Shown one piece after another: positions 13,617-25,936 of a stretch of DNA of 64,000 nt; positions within the stretch are counted from its first letter, which is position 1, and each line of letters begins with the position of its first letter. This DNA comes from Pristiophorus japonicus (lineage: Eukaryota). The position numbers and the translations under genes are program-made. Where the stretch lies: the NCBI RefSeq assembly GCF_044704955.1, contig NC_091982.1, forward strand, positions 30,876,001 to 30,940,000. Direction: 5' to 3'. The notes beneath the pieces were generated by a model that did no database searches, was not told the DNA's origin, and saw only the letters and a program-made list of their open reading frames with translations.

Positions 13617-13717
13617 GAAGGTGAAACTGACAGTGGAATGGTGCTGGCCTCTGATGAGCTGAAGTGCCTGAAGCGTCTAGAAACCAGATCCCACCCTTTT
13701 GGAATAATTACATTAGC
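13617..13717 (+). CDS. kdrl: KDRL penultimate coding exon, phase 0 to 2
   Basis: ccacag acceptor; EGETDSGMVLASDELKCLKRLETRSHPFGIITL(A); donor gc|gtgagt. Matches the KDR motif TDSGMVLASEELK and the phases fit both neighbours. Confidence 0.9.
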
Positions 13718-14611
13718 GTGAGTACGCCCAATTCTTTAAAGTTAATTACAAGAAACTTTCTGAAACAGCCAGGATGCATCAGCACTTTTGCTATATTAAT
13801 AACCAAAGCTGTTGTTTTGGAAAGGTGATGTATTTAAGAGTTTACGAGTTATCTTCTCCCCCTTCATTTTCATTCACCCCCAAGAGAAAAGCAGAAATTT
13901 GTTTTTAAATAAGTTCAAAGTTCTCCAAAAAAAATGAATATTTTTTAAATTCACTGTTTAATAACATATTTACACATGGAAAATAATTGCACTCTGAATT
14001 ATAGCTGACATCTCAATTCCTCTTAAACTCTTCTCATCAATTGTCAAAGTGCCAAACCGTGCTAAGGTAAGTCCATTATGCAAATATCATACATGACCCT
14101 GATTGTCACCCATTCACCTGATGGGACCATTCTTCCACCTTCCAGCAGTATAAATGCATCAAGGTCACTGACTGGTTATAGACATCACAGCTGTCCAGGG
14201 ATCAAAACAAATTGCTGGTTTTCCAAGACTGCCACTAAAATTCCCTGTTGATCTTGCATCACAAAACTTTCTGTTTCTGGCTCTAGTGAGACCTTGCACA
14301 TGGACTAATGCATAAAAGTAGCCTTTTGCCCTTGATATAGGTCAATGTTAATGTAAAATGCCCATAGAGGTATGCAAACTAACTCTGAATATGTGCACGG
14401 AATATTAAAATGGTGAGGTGAATGAATGACAGCCATGGAGTTCTATCCCTGAACTGGGATTTTTAAAATTAGGATTTCAGAGGCCAAAGACAGAAATAGG
14501 AACTGGTCTAAAGTCTTGGCCAGCCACTATATTGCATCTGAAGTAAACATAGAGAGGAGGAACTGTTACTGGTAATGTAGGCTAAATGCCACAAAACCTA
14601 TTTGGACATAT

Positions 14612-15060
14612 AGAAAGAAAGACTTGGATTTATATAGCATCTTTCACGACCACCGGACGTCTCAAAGCCAATGAAGTACTGTTGGAGTGTAGTCTCTGTT
14701 AGAATGTGGGAAATGTGACAGCCAATTTGCACACAGCAAGCTTCCACAAACAGCAATGTGATAATGACCAGATAAACTGTTTTTGTTATGTTGATTAAGG
14801 GATAAATATTGGCCAGGACACCAGGGATAACTCTCCTGCACTTCTTTGAAATAGAGCCATGGGATCTTTTATGTCCACCTGAGAGAGCAGACAGGGCCTT
14901 GGTTCAAGGTCTCACCTGAAAGACGGCACCGCCGAAAGTGCAGTGCTCCCTCGGCACTGCACTGAAGTGTCAGCCGAGGATTATGTGCTCAAGTCCCTGG
15001 AGTGGGACTTGAACCCACAACTTTCTGACTCAGAGACGAGTGTGATACCCACTGAGCCAC
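14612..15060 (-). mobile_element. tRNA-derived SINE (DeuSINE/SacSINE1-like) with L2-type tail
   Basis: Minus strand has A box TGGCTCAGTGG, B box GGTTCAAGTCC and ends GCTATATAAATCCAAGTCTTTCTTTC. Confidence 0.8.
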
Positions 15061-16594
15061 AACATGCTGTACTATTCTATGATTCTATAAAAGTGGGAGA
15101 GTGAGACTAACTGGATGGCTCTTCAAAAGAGTCAGCACAGACTTGAGAGGTCGAATGGCCTCCTTCTGTGCTGTACTATTCTATGATTCTATGATATCAC
15201 AAGAATTCTATATAAGCTGGGTGCAGCACATGATGAGCTATCAGGTGCTCAACTTGGCACGACAGAAAACAGAGCTTCTGAGATCATTTGCCCAAAGAAA
15301 GGTCAGCAACTAGGGATATCTCATTTGAGAATCGAAACAAAGGCTGAATTACTGATAGCAAAAATAGAACAGTGAGTAAGACAGAGCCACATTTGGTTTG
15401 ATAACATCAAAGGGGTTATTTTAACCCTACCTGCCTGGTTGACTTACCCACCAACATCCTGCATGGTTCCCTCCATCTTTAACCTGCTCTTTTGAGCAGG
15501 TGGCATGGGCACCCACCTACAATTTTAACTCTTGCCTAAGCGGAGACGACCTTATGGATTTCCTGCCAGGTGAATAGAATCTGGGAACAGAAGCTGCTAT
15601 TCAAGGCGAGTTATTTTTAACATGTGCCAGGTCCCACAAGGAGAATATAGGTCCCACGAGGAAAATGTAGGCCTCCCTAAACCCTCTGCCTGCAACGTAC
15701 ATGGGTGCTGACAAGCCTCCCACTTATCCGATTGTGCTACTCATCATTAAAACTGCCAATTGGCCTACTGGTCATTTTTAATACTATGTATACATGTGAG
15801 ACTGAGGCGCAATACTAATATTGTACAATTTAATGAGTCAGCCAATGACTAAATCGTTGTCATAGATATTTCAGTTCCATTTGAACTGAACTCTAATCTT
15901 CCTTGTTGATATGTTGCTGTTTATAATTGGTGTTGGTTAAGCAGTGACTTCAGGGTTTTTCTTCATTAACAATCTGTTGTTGGTTTAACAGCCATGGTCT
16001 CTGCTGTCCTTTAGCAGCTTTCTCAGTTTTGAGGCAAACAGAAATTTACCTTGGTGTGTCTTTTTTTTAGCTGCGTTTATTTGTACTAACTGAATGGCAG
16101 CCGTTTCTCTGACTGACTCTCTATTATCACATGACCTATTGCTGATTGGTCCCTTTGGAGGATAAGCCACACCCTGAAGTTCCTCTGGAATGTGTAACTG
16201 GAACCGCCCAGCCCAAGTTCTGACTGACTTTCCAATTTGTCATTTGATCCATTTTGAATTCAGAAGCCACAGAGGATAGATCTCCCCAAAAGCCACCAAG
16301 TTCCAGCCGAAGTCCATTTCCCCAGAACATGTGCTGCCTCCCACAGCCGAAGTCCCTTTCACCAGCGCAAGTGCACGACCTTAGCCATCCCCCGTCCCCC
16401 ACCATAGATGGAGCATTGTGTGCGGATTGTGAACAAGTTTATTGGGTGTGAAGTGAATAGTGGCAATGTCGTGACTTCTAGATTTCATCCATCCCAACGG
16501 TGTCCCTTATAACACGCACACTGAGCTTGCACGCACCAGGGGGTTGGAAGAACGTGATCTGTCTTCCCTGAGTTCCCTCTCTCCTGTCTGATCC

Positions 16595-17239
16595 CCCCCA
16601 CCTGCATCTCTCTCTCCCCTCCCACCCCCCGGGCTCTCTTTCTCTCTGCCGCCCAGGCTCTCTCTCTCCTCCGCCCACCCCCCCCTCAAGGCTCTGTCTC
16701 TCTCCTCCTCCCTCACGTGCATGCTCTCTCTCTTTCTCTCTCCCACTCCCCCAGGCTCTCTCCCACCGTCCCCCCCCCCAGGCTCTCTCTCTCTCCTCCC
16801 CCCCCCCAGGCGCTCTCTCACTCCCTCCCCCTCCCCACCCCCAAGCTCTTTCTCTCTCTCTCCCTCCATCCACCCCCCTCCCCCACCCCACCAGCCTATC
16901 TCTATCTCTCTCACTCTCTTCACCCCAAGGCTCTTTCTCTCTTTCCCCCACATCCCCCCCCCACCCCGCCAAGGCTCACACTCCCCCTCCCCCAGACTTT
17001 CTCTCTCTCTCTCCGACCCCCCCTCACTGTAGACTCTCTCTCAATGCCCCCCCCCAAGACTCTCTCTCTCCCCCCCCACAAGGCTCTCTCTGCACACCCC
17101 CCCCACCCTCCCACAGGCTCTCTCTCTCTCTCTCTCTACCCCCCCCACCCCCAGGCTCTCTCTCTCTCTCCCCCTTTCCCAGGCTCTCGCTCTCTCCCCC
17201 CACCCCACCCCAGGCTCTCTCTATTTCGCCACCCACAGA

Positions 17240-17270
<31 letters not shown>

Positions 17271-17395
17271 CCCGCAGGCTCTCTATCTCTTCCCCACCCC
17301 CCCCCCCACCCAGATTCTCTCTACCCCTCCCCACCCACCCCCAGGTTCTCTCCCTCTTTCACCCCTTCCTGGCTCTCTCTCTCCCTGTCCCCCAT
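16595..17395. repeat. Pyrimidine-rich minisatellite (CCCCAGGCTCTCTCTC-like)
   Basis: Repeated AGGCTCTCTC cores separated by C runs. Confidence 0.9.
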
Positions 17396-17403
17396 TACTA
17401 TTA

Positions 17404-17694
17404 AGTTGTCGGGGGCACTGACTGGCAGCAGCGCCACTCCCACAGGGCAATTCCAGGAAAGTGGTCATTTCCCGCGGGGCAATTTCGGGAAGGGCTCGCC
17501 GCCGGTTGGTAAGGGATGTTCACGCTGCGACGAGAAAACGGGCGGAGCAGTCCTCTACACCACTCCAAACCTGAGCAAGGTCAATTTTTTAAATGGCGGC
17601 CTCTCCTCGGAGACTTGGCAGCCATTACGCATCAACCCGTGGCCGTTGCTTTCAGGCGGCCAAGGGCCTTATAGAAAGGGGCAATTTCGGCCCC
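17404..17694 (-). mobile_element. PIF/Harbinger-type MITE end (family of 48841-49687)
   Basis: Ends GGGGCAATTTCGGCCCC. The reverse complement aligns by eye with 48841-49000. Confidence 0.7.
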
Positions 17695-18142
17695 AGTGTC
17701 CTTTTACTATGTTTTCCCAAGTATAAGTATCGTTCAAAAGAGAAAATTGCCATTCTTCCACTAAAACAAAGCTATCTATAAATGGGGAGAAATCATATTA
17801 TAACAGCAGCCTTGTCTTGATAAGAATGGCTATAATGTCATGGACTATCATATATTGTCTGACAAGCATAGTTGAGGCACTTTTTATTTTCTCCTGCCGT
17901 TTCAAAATAACTAACATTCCCCTCAACTGTGCATCCTCGTAGATGAGCTAGGAAGTCGTTATCCTGAAATGTTGTACCTCTGATATTAGACATTCACTGT
18001 TGTGTTGCAACTGTGATGTGAATATATCCATGTGTATTCACTGGTAATGTTTTTCTGTCCTGTGCTTTCAGCTCACTGTCACTCATTAAAGCTTAGTTTT
18101 CACAATCAAAAATGGGATGGGAAAGAATGCTTCATATATATT

Positions 18143-18895
18143 GGGGGGAAAATTGCGGTCGGAAGTTTCCTTCAGACGAACGCCTCCGACGCGAAAAACT
18201 GTAGCGAAAATACCTGGTGGTCACGGAGGTGCCTTCAATTCCAGTCAGAGGCCTTCATTCAATGTGCAGCATACGGGGAGATGACTTCTCTGTACATATG
18301 GAAATGCTGGAGTCATGTGGGACTGGACCACCAATCACTATGCAGTGTTCTCATTGATAAAAATGGGAACTCCGTTTGTGCAAGATCCCATTAATATCAA
18401 TGAGAAAACAATCCTAAAACAAGAAACACGGCATAATACATTTAAAAAAAACACCTCACATATTTAAAATTAATTGAAATTAAATGTTTTAGAAAAAATA
18501 TATATTTTTTGTAATTTTTTTTAAATGTGTTTTAATAGGGTTAAAAATAAACTTACCTTAATGGACAGGGTTTTTACATAAAAATGTATGATTAAATTTA
18601 ATTTTTATATGTTTTAAAACTCTTACGCTGGTAAAAGTAAGCTATACGCCTGCTTTCACCAGGCGTAAAAGTTTGAAGGACATTCGCTGGGCATGAGTTG
18701 GGCAAATAGCCCAATCTCTGCAGCGCGAATGTCCTTCTCCTGGGGATGCAGAGGATCTGTCAAGAGAAATCTTAACAGATCGGAAAAGCCAGTTTTCGGC
18801 TCATGCACATCTCGCCCCAAAAATCGGCTTTTGCGAGGCCTTGCCGGATCGATGCGCACTTCGTACAGACGGGGCGAGGCCAGAATTTTTGACAC
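18143..18895 (+). mobile_element. Non-autonomous DNA-transposon-like repeat (Harbinger-type termini)
   Basis: GGGGGGAAAATTGCGG start and degenerate CAGAATTTT end. Homologous to 12720-13200. Confidence 0.55.
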
Positions 18896-21000
18896 ATTAT
18901 AAAACATAAGAAATGATTAAGCAATGAAGCAGGATCCCTTATGGGTTTTCAATTTTTATATGCATAACTTGCTGGCTCAAAACCAATTGAAACTGTATAC
19001 AGATCGTCGTTCACCCAGCGCCAACGCTAATTCAATATAAAAAACATTAAAGTTGCCTGAAGTTCATTCCACACTTTCCCCAAATAGGCACCAGTTCTGA
19101 AAGAGTTACTTGATTGAAATCTTTGCAAATGAAATACTATTCTGGACTTTCCTGCCCCAGTAACTTAACAGTAGTACTCATGAGGTTAATCATGGAGGTT
19201 AATCTTGGCTGCATTAATCATCCCAATGAGCTGCAAGGATATCATTAAAAGTATTAAATGTCAAAATCAACAGTTAAACTTTTGGTTAGGAGTGTAATTT
19301 AAGTGATGGACTACCCTTCCCAGTCAGTTCTTCCTGCCCTTAGGACAAAGTACAATTGGACCACTGGCTGTGAATCTGTAAGGCTCACAAAATCTCTTAT
19401 TGTGTGGTCAACTATCCCTAATACTTTGTCTTTTATCTCACACTCCAGTCATCTGGATACTTTCCAAGAAATACAGATACTTTCATATTTTTCCTTGTAT
19501 CTCTTGACAACTTTAATACCTGAAAATTAAAATCAGTGAATCAGATGAAATTAGTTGTAGGGAGTCAACAGAGCTTTGAACGAAACTCAATTTTCCAAAA
19601 AAAGAAAATGTCATCTTTTCATGAATGACGTCTTTGTTTGAAAATAGTCACCATTTCTCTTTTTCTCCTCATTACAGTTTAATCACAGAATAGGTATTTT
19701 AATAGGATTTTGGCAGAACTTGTGGTTCCTGTGTAAGTTGAAATGTAGCCAATTCAATAACTATTTTATAAGGTTCTTTTCTGAAAGGCCTTGTTTTGTC
19801 CTGGCTTTGGCCAAGTATGTGAACTCTGACACAGTCGAGACTACTTCCAGTAGTAATACCATCTTCATCATAATAAACTTCTTAACCAGGCATGTCAAAA
19901 AGCTGGTGTGATTACATCAATGCTCACTGAGGTCATTGAAATTAACTATTTGTTTGTAGCTACTTGTTAGCAAGAAAACAAGTTACTACTATCAAATAGT
20001 TACTCATTACAACTTCACTGGGCACCAAAATTCCCTGGATTCTGGGGTGGTCCCAGTAGATTGGAAAACCGCAAATGTAAAGCCCCTATTTAAAAAAGGA
20101 GGCTGAAAAAAGCAGGAAACTATAGACCAGTTAGCCTAACATCTGTCATTGAGAAAATGCTGGAGTCCATTATTAAGGAAGCAGTAGCAGGACATTTGCA
20201 AAAGCATGATTCAATCAAGCAGAGTCAGCATGGTTTTATGAAAGGGAAATCATGTTTGACAAATTAGATGGAGTTCTTTGAGGATGTAACGAGCAGGGTG
20301 GATAAGGGGGAACCAGTGGATGTGGTGTATTTGTATTTCCAGAAGATGCCATATAAAAGGTTACTGTAGAAGATAAAAGCTCACGGGGTTGGGGGTAATA
20401 TATTAGCAGGGATAGAGGATTGGCTAACCAACAGAAAACAGAGAGTCGGGATAAATGGGTAATTTTCCGGTTGGCAAACAGTGACTAGTGGGGTGCCGCA
20501 AGGATCAGTGCTGGAACCTCAACTATTTACAATCTATATTAATGACTTGGATGAAGGGACCGAGTGTTATGTAGCCATGTTTGCTGATGGTACAAAGATG
20601 GGTGGGAAAGCAAATTGTGAGGAGGACACCAAAAATCTGCACAAGGATATAGACAGGCTAAGTGAGTGGGCAAAAATTTGGCAGGTGGATTATAATGTAG
20701 GAAAATGTGAGGTTATCCACTTTGGCAGAAGTAATAGAAAAGCAAATTATAATTTAAATGGTGAAAAATTGCAAAGTGTTGCAGTACAGACCTGGGAGTC
20801 CTTGTGCATGAAGAATAAAAAGTTAGTATGCAGGTACAGCAAGTAATCAGGAAGGCAAATGAAATGTTGGCCTTTATTGCAAGGGGGATAGAGTATAAAA
20901 GCAGAGAAGTCCTGCTACAACTGTACAGGGTATTGGTGAGGCCACACCTGGAGTACAGCATTCAGTTTTGGTCTCCGTATTTAAGGAAGGATATACTTGC

Positions 21001-21551
21001 GTGGAGGCCCTGACCTGCAAGGGAACATCAGCAGCAGGTCGGGGCCATAAAAGGAGCGGCTAGCAGTGGCCATGGGCAGCGTGGAGGGGTACCACTACAA
21101 GGTACAGTGCGAGCTGGTGCAGGAGGGCGACAGCTGTGAAGAGTGACGTCATCAAGATCCACGTCGGTGATTGGAGTGTGGGCAAACACAGCAGGAGCAG
21201 CGAGGTCGGGGCGAAGGAGTTGCGAGAGACTGTGGAGGGATGTGATCGGGGCCCAGTGGAGACGCGAATTTGGAGTCCAGGGGCAGTACGGACAGCCCAC
21301 ACTGTGATTCATGTGTGTACTAGGTCCGTGCAGCAGAGCTGGTCTCTAGTTGCCTTGGGTAATCGTTGCCACGGGACCAAGACCTAGCTCTGTCAAGCCC
21401 ATGTGGTGGCTGGTGTACAACGGCCACCCCACGTTAAAAAAAAAGCACACACAGGCATCTTCCACCCTTCATGATGTAGTTCAGGTCCTTCATTGAAACA
21501 CCTGTGAACTCGTCCTTTTTTTGGCGTTTCAAGGGACCGCTTATGATGATG
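21001..21551 (+). mobile_element. Non-autonomous retroposon with RTE-like 3' end
   Basis: TSD ACTTGC (20995-21000 / 21552-21557). Ends TTCAAGGGACCGCTTATGATGATG, like the RTE tail at 42535-42560. Confidence 0.7.
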
Positions 21552-21633
21552 ACTTGCATTGGAGGCTGTTCAGAGAAGGTTCACTAGGTTGATTCCGGAG
21601 ATGGGGGGGTTGACGTATGAAGATAGGTTGAGT

Positions 21634-22442
21634 CATTCATAGGTAGTCCCTCAAAATCGAGGAAGACTTGCTTCCACTCTAAAAGTGGGTTCTTAGGTGA
21701 CTGAACAGTCCAATTCTGGAATTACAGTCTCTGTCACAGGTGGAACAGACAGTCGTTGAAGGAAAGGGTGGGTGGGGAGTCTGGTTTGCCGCACGCTCCT
21801 TATACTGCCTGAGCTTGCTTTCTGAATGCTCTCGGTGACGAGACTCAAGGTGCTCAGCGACCTCCCGGATGCTTTTCCTCCACTTAGGGCAGTCTTTGGC
21901 CAGGAACTCCCAGGTGTCAGTGGGGATGTTGCATTTTATCAAGAAGGCATTGAGGGTGTCCGTGAAACATTTCCTCTGCCCACCTGGGGCTCGCTTGCCT
22001 TGAAGGAGTTCTGAGTAGAGCGTTTGCTTTGGGAGTTTTGTGTCAGGCATGCGAACAATGTGGCCTGCCCAATGGAGCTGGTCGAGTGTGGTCAGTGCTT
22101 TGATGCTGGGGATGTTGGCCTGATCGAGGACACTAACATTGGTGCGTCGATCCTCCCAGGGGATCGGCAGATCTTGCGGAGACAATGTTGGTGGTATTTC
22201 TCCAGCGAGTTGAGGTGTCTTTTGTATATGGTCCATGTCTCTGAGACATACAGGAGGGCGGGGATTACTGCAGCCCTGTAGACCATGAGCTTGGTGGCAG
22301 ATTTGAGGGCCTGATCTCTTCCTCAGGGGGCCAGTCATCAAGATCCACGGTGGGGCCCTGGAAAACGTAGACCACTTTCCATACCTTGGGAGCCTATTAT
22401 CAGCAAGGGCAGACATTGACGACGAGATTCAACATCGCCTCC
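21634..22442 (-). mobile_element. RTE-clade LINE, 5'-truncated with inverted 5' segment
   Basis: TSD ATAGGTTGAGT (21623-21633 / 22443-22453). Peptides LLYVSETWT, QLHWAGHIVRMPD and C-terminal C2H2 finger CSTCDRDCNSRIGLFSHLRTH. Confidence 0.9.
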
Positions 22443-22929
22443 ATAGGTTGAGTAGGTTGGGCCTATACTCATTGGAGTTCAGAAGAATGAGAGGAGATCT
22501 TATTGAAACTTATAAGATAATGAGGGGGCTCGACAAGTGGATGCAGAGAGGATATTTCCACTCATAGGGGAAACTAAAACTAGGGGACATAGTCTCAGAA
22601 TAAGGGGCTACCCATTTAACACTGAGCTGAGGAGAAATTTCTTCTCTCAGAGGGTTGTAAATCTATGGGATTCTATGCCCCAGAGAGCTGTGGAGGCTGG
22701 GTCATTGAATATAGTTAAGGCGGAGATAGACAGATTTTTGAGCGATAAGGGAGTAATGGGTTGCGGGAAGTGGGCAGGGAAGTGGAGCTGAGTCCATGAT
22801 CAGATCAGTCATGATCTTATTGGATGGTGCAGCAGGCTCAAGGGGCCAAATGGCCTATTCCTGCTCCTATTTCTTATGTTCTTATGTTTTTATATTACTA
22901 TGCATCTATCTTCAGAATGTCAATTGATA

Positions 22930-23300
22930 GATTGGCTTGATTGATATTACTTCGATTCAGAAGGCTAGGAGTTCAAAACCCCAGTGCAGGACTTGAGCTC
23001 ATAATCTAGGCTGATACTCCAGTGTAGTACTAAGGGAGTGTCACATTGTCAGAGGTGTTGTCCTTCCTTGTGCATGTTGAAGATCTCATTGCACTATTTA
23101 AAGAGGATAAGGGATTATCCTGGCCAACATTCCTCCCTCAACCATTGACACCAAAAATGGATTAACTATTTATTCATTTCATTGGTTGGTTCTTGTGCTC
23201 AAATGGTTACCATATTTTTTGACATGTCACAGCACTTCAAAATGATTCATTAAATGCAAAGTGCTTTGAGATGTTTTTGAGAGAAGGGATATCGTGCAAG
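22930..23300 (+). mobile_element. Degenerate DeuSINE-like SINE
   Basis: GGACTTGAGC...CTAGGCTGATACTCCAGTGTAGTACT block shared with 14612-15060. Confidence 0.6.
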
Positions 23301-23307
23301 TTTCAAA

Positions 23308-24017
23308 GGGGCCAAAATTGCCCCGCACTGGGTTTGGGGTGGTCACTTTGAATTAAATGATAGTTTAGAATCGAGCAGGAAACACCGCCGCCACTGGCGC
23401 GGAATTGGGGCCAATAATGTGGGGCGGTAACCGGGCGTTCGCGGGGTGATCACGGGACACAATTCTCAGCCCCACGCTGAGCACATCCGCATGACGCTGA
23501 TGACGACAGCACAGTGCTGACATGCCACGTCACACTGACGTGTCACAACGTCCCTCCCCTTTTAAAGGGGCGGGCCGCTTGCGAACTCTGCAGCCTCTTT
23601 AGTGGCACCCACTGGGCCACCAGGGAGAGTGTCGGCTGGGCCAGCAGCTTGGCACCCAAGAGCGGGCGCCGGCCTGCATGTTGGCGGCCCGGCCACGCCT
23701 GCGGCCATATTGTCGGGCCGACTGAAAAATCAGCCGACAGAAAAAAGATGGCAACCGCAGCATTGCCACCCTCCCTTTAAGGGCAGCAAGGGCACCCCAG
23801 CCACCACAGCTTCTCGCCCCAAGAGGCTGTGGGTGGCATTGCCCCACACCGACATCATCGCAGTGCGTGTGCCGCACCGGTGCGCTAATCATGGGGCATG
23901 ACGCAAACCATTTTACACCAGCGGAGCCCCGGGGGAAATTCCGGGGGTGGGGGAGGGTGGCTCTGGTGCACTGTTGCAAACCCTTTATCGCCTACCGAGA
24001 GGGGCAATTTTGCCCCC
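23308..24017. mobile_element. PIF/Harbinger-type MITE
   Basis: TIRs GGGGCCAAAATTGCCCC and GGGGCAATTTTGCCCCC. GC-rich interior similar to the 45 kb and 49 kb copies. Confidence 0.8.
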
Positions 24018-24084
24018 ACAGAATCTGTTTTTTACACCTATTCACAATTCTTAGTTTATTTGTTTTGCTATTGTTTCTCTTCAA

Positions 24085-24410
24085 GTTCCACTCCCTGACA
24101 CTTGAGTACAAAAATCTAGGCTGACACTCCAGTGCAGCACTGAGGGAGTTCTGCACTGTCAGAGGTGCCGTCTTTTGGATGCGACATTAAACCGAGGCCC
24201 CATCTGCCATCTCAGATGAATGTAAAAGATCCCATGGCACTATGTCGAAGTAGAACAGGGGAGTTATCCCTGGTGTCCTGACCAATATTTATCCGTCAAT
24301 CAACATCACATTGCTGTTTATGGGAGCTTGCTGTTCACAAATTGGCTGCTGCGATTCCTACATTACAACAATGACTACACTTCAAAAAGTACATCATGAA
24401 AGGTACTATT
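24085..24410 (+). mobile_element. DeuSINE-like SINE, truncated
   Basis: CTAGGCTGACACTCCAGTGCAGCACTGAGGGAG...GATCCCATGGCACTAT...CCTGGTGTCCTG matches 14612-15060. Confidence 0.7.
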
Positions 24411-25149
24411 TTTTCTTGCCAGTATTAATCTGGGACCGACCAATTGGATCTACACGAGGGTCCTCCAATATTCTTGCACTACCTCCTTGCCTATGCTAAG
24501 GGTCTATCTGCAGGTGTCTTTGCTGAGCTTCAGATTTATAGATTTGTAGTGATGCACAGCATTGTGCAATGCATTAATGCACTGTTCTCCTAGTTCCAGA
24601 TTTATAATTGCACTTTTGAGAAAGCTTTGGATTCAAAATAATTACCAACCTCAACTGAAGACAGCATCCCAAGCAGGATAAATACAAAAGTGCAGCTATG
24701 CCATCTCTATGGTGTCATTTACCAATATGCACTAATCAACCCTTTCACTGGCTTGCCAGTGCATACCAATGAACTTTTAATTAAACAGGGTATTCCTACT
24801 TCAACAAATACTATTTAAATTGATTAACTGATCATTCACCTCATCATTGTTTGTGGGATTTTGCTGTGTGCAAAATAGCTGCTATATTTCCCTATGTAGC
24901 AGTCACTGCATTCAAAAATATTTAATTATAGAGTAAATTCACCAAACCCACAGTCCAAGCAGGGAGCTATATTTGAAAGAAGTGTACATTGGAGATAGGA
25001 TTACAACAGCATTGTACCGATTCTCCATCCCATGCTCTCTTTGGGTTTGATGTCTTGCTGTGGAGCACTGATCAATGAATTTATCCTTATATGTGAAGCA
25101 CTTAAAGGTGATTCTGAATAACATGGTATGGTTCTGTTATTTTATTTTC

Positions 25150-25535
25150 AACAACAACAACTTGTATTTATATAGCCCCTTTAACACAGTGAAACGTCCC
25201 AAGGTGCTTCACAGGAGTATTATGAGATAAAAAATTTGACACTGAGCCACATAAGTAGAAATTAGCGCAGGTGACCAAAAGCTTGGTCAAAGAGGTAGGT
25301 GTTAAGGAGCGTCTTGAAGGAGGAAAGAGAGGCAGAGAGGCGGAGAGGTTTAGGCAGAGAATTCCAGAGATTGGGGCCTAGGCAACAGAAGGCACGGCCA
25401 CCAATGGTTGAGCGATTATAATCGGGGATTCTCAAGAGGGCAGAATTACAGGAGTGCAGACATCTTGGGAGGTTGTGGGGCTGGAGGTCATTGCAGAGAG
25501 AGGGAGGGCGAGGCCATAGAGGGATTTGGAAATAA
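25150..25535 (-). mobile_element. L2 LINE 3' end
   Basis: GGRAFCCLGPNLWNSLP...FKTLLNTYLFDQAF, followed by GCTATATAAATACAAG(TTG)n tail. Confidence 0.8.
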
Positions 25536-25722
25536 GGTGCTCTACAGAACAGCAATGTCCTTATTAAAATGCTGTTTGTTTGATTGCATTTGCTTTTAGA
25601 ATTTATTACAAAATTGCAATGATTATTTCTTCTATCTTTATGCTTCACGTGGCCTATTCACCACTACCATTCAGGAAGAAAGGCACAATCGAAATGAATT
25701 GTTTTTCTTTTTCTTCAAACAG

Positions 25723-25936
25723 AATGAGAGCTGTGAGTAAAAGCAAAGAGTCTGTGTTGTCTGAAGCTGAGAACCACACTACCCCATTTCAGCCTGATGT
25801 GTGCAGTACAGAGGATGAAGGCTTGGATTTTGCACTGGAAGACTCAGTCCTGTTACCTATGGATCAGACTTTGGAATGCCACAGCCCACCACCAGATTAC
25901 AACTCTGTAGTTCGCTACACCACACCACCAGTGTGA
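25723..25936 (+). CDS. kdrl: KDRL terminal coding exon
   Basis: ttttcttcaaacag acceptor; (A)[14 protein letters not shown]...[21 protein letters not shown]. The [17 protein letters not shown] ending is, as recalled, characteristic of Kdrl; FLT1 ends similarly, KDR does not. Confidence 0.9.

Larger units (their letters stand above)
20025..22888 (+). mobile_element. CR1 LINE, 5'-truncated, interrupted by two younger retroelements
   Basis: RT motifs ([23 protein letters not shown]) and (TTCTTATG)n tail. The sequence resumes seamlessly across both insertions. Confidence 0.92.

Noticed and set aside
13651-13685. CTGATGA...GAAAC hammerhead-like string
   Set aside because: It is KDRL coding sequence (SDELK...LET) with no stem II.
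14990-15060. tRNA gene
   Set aside because: The A/B boxes are the head of a SINE continuing into the body and L2-type tail.
16478-17468. Overlapping 60-234 aa ORFs
   Set aside because: Low-complexity repeat lacking stop codons; no domain signal.
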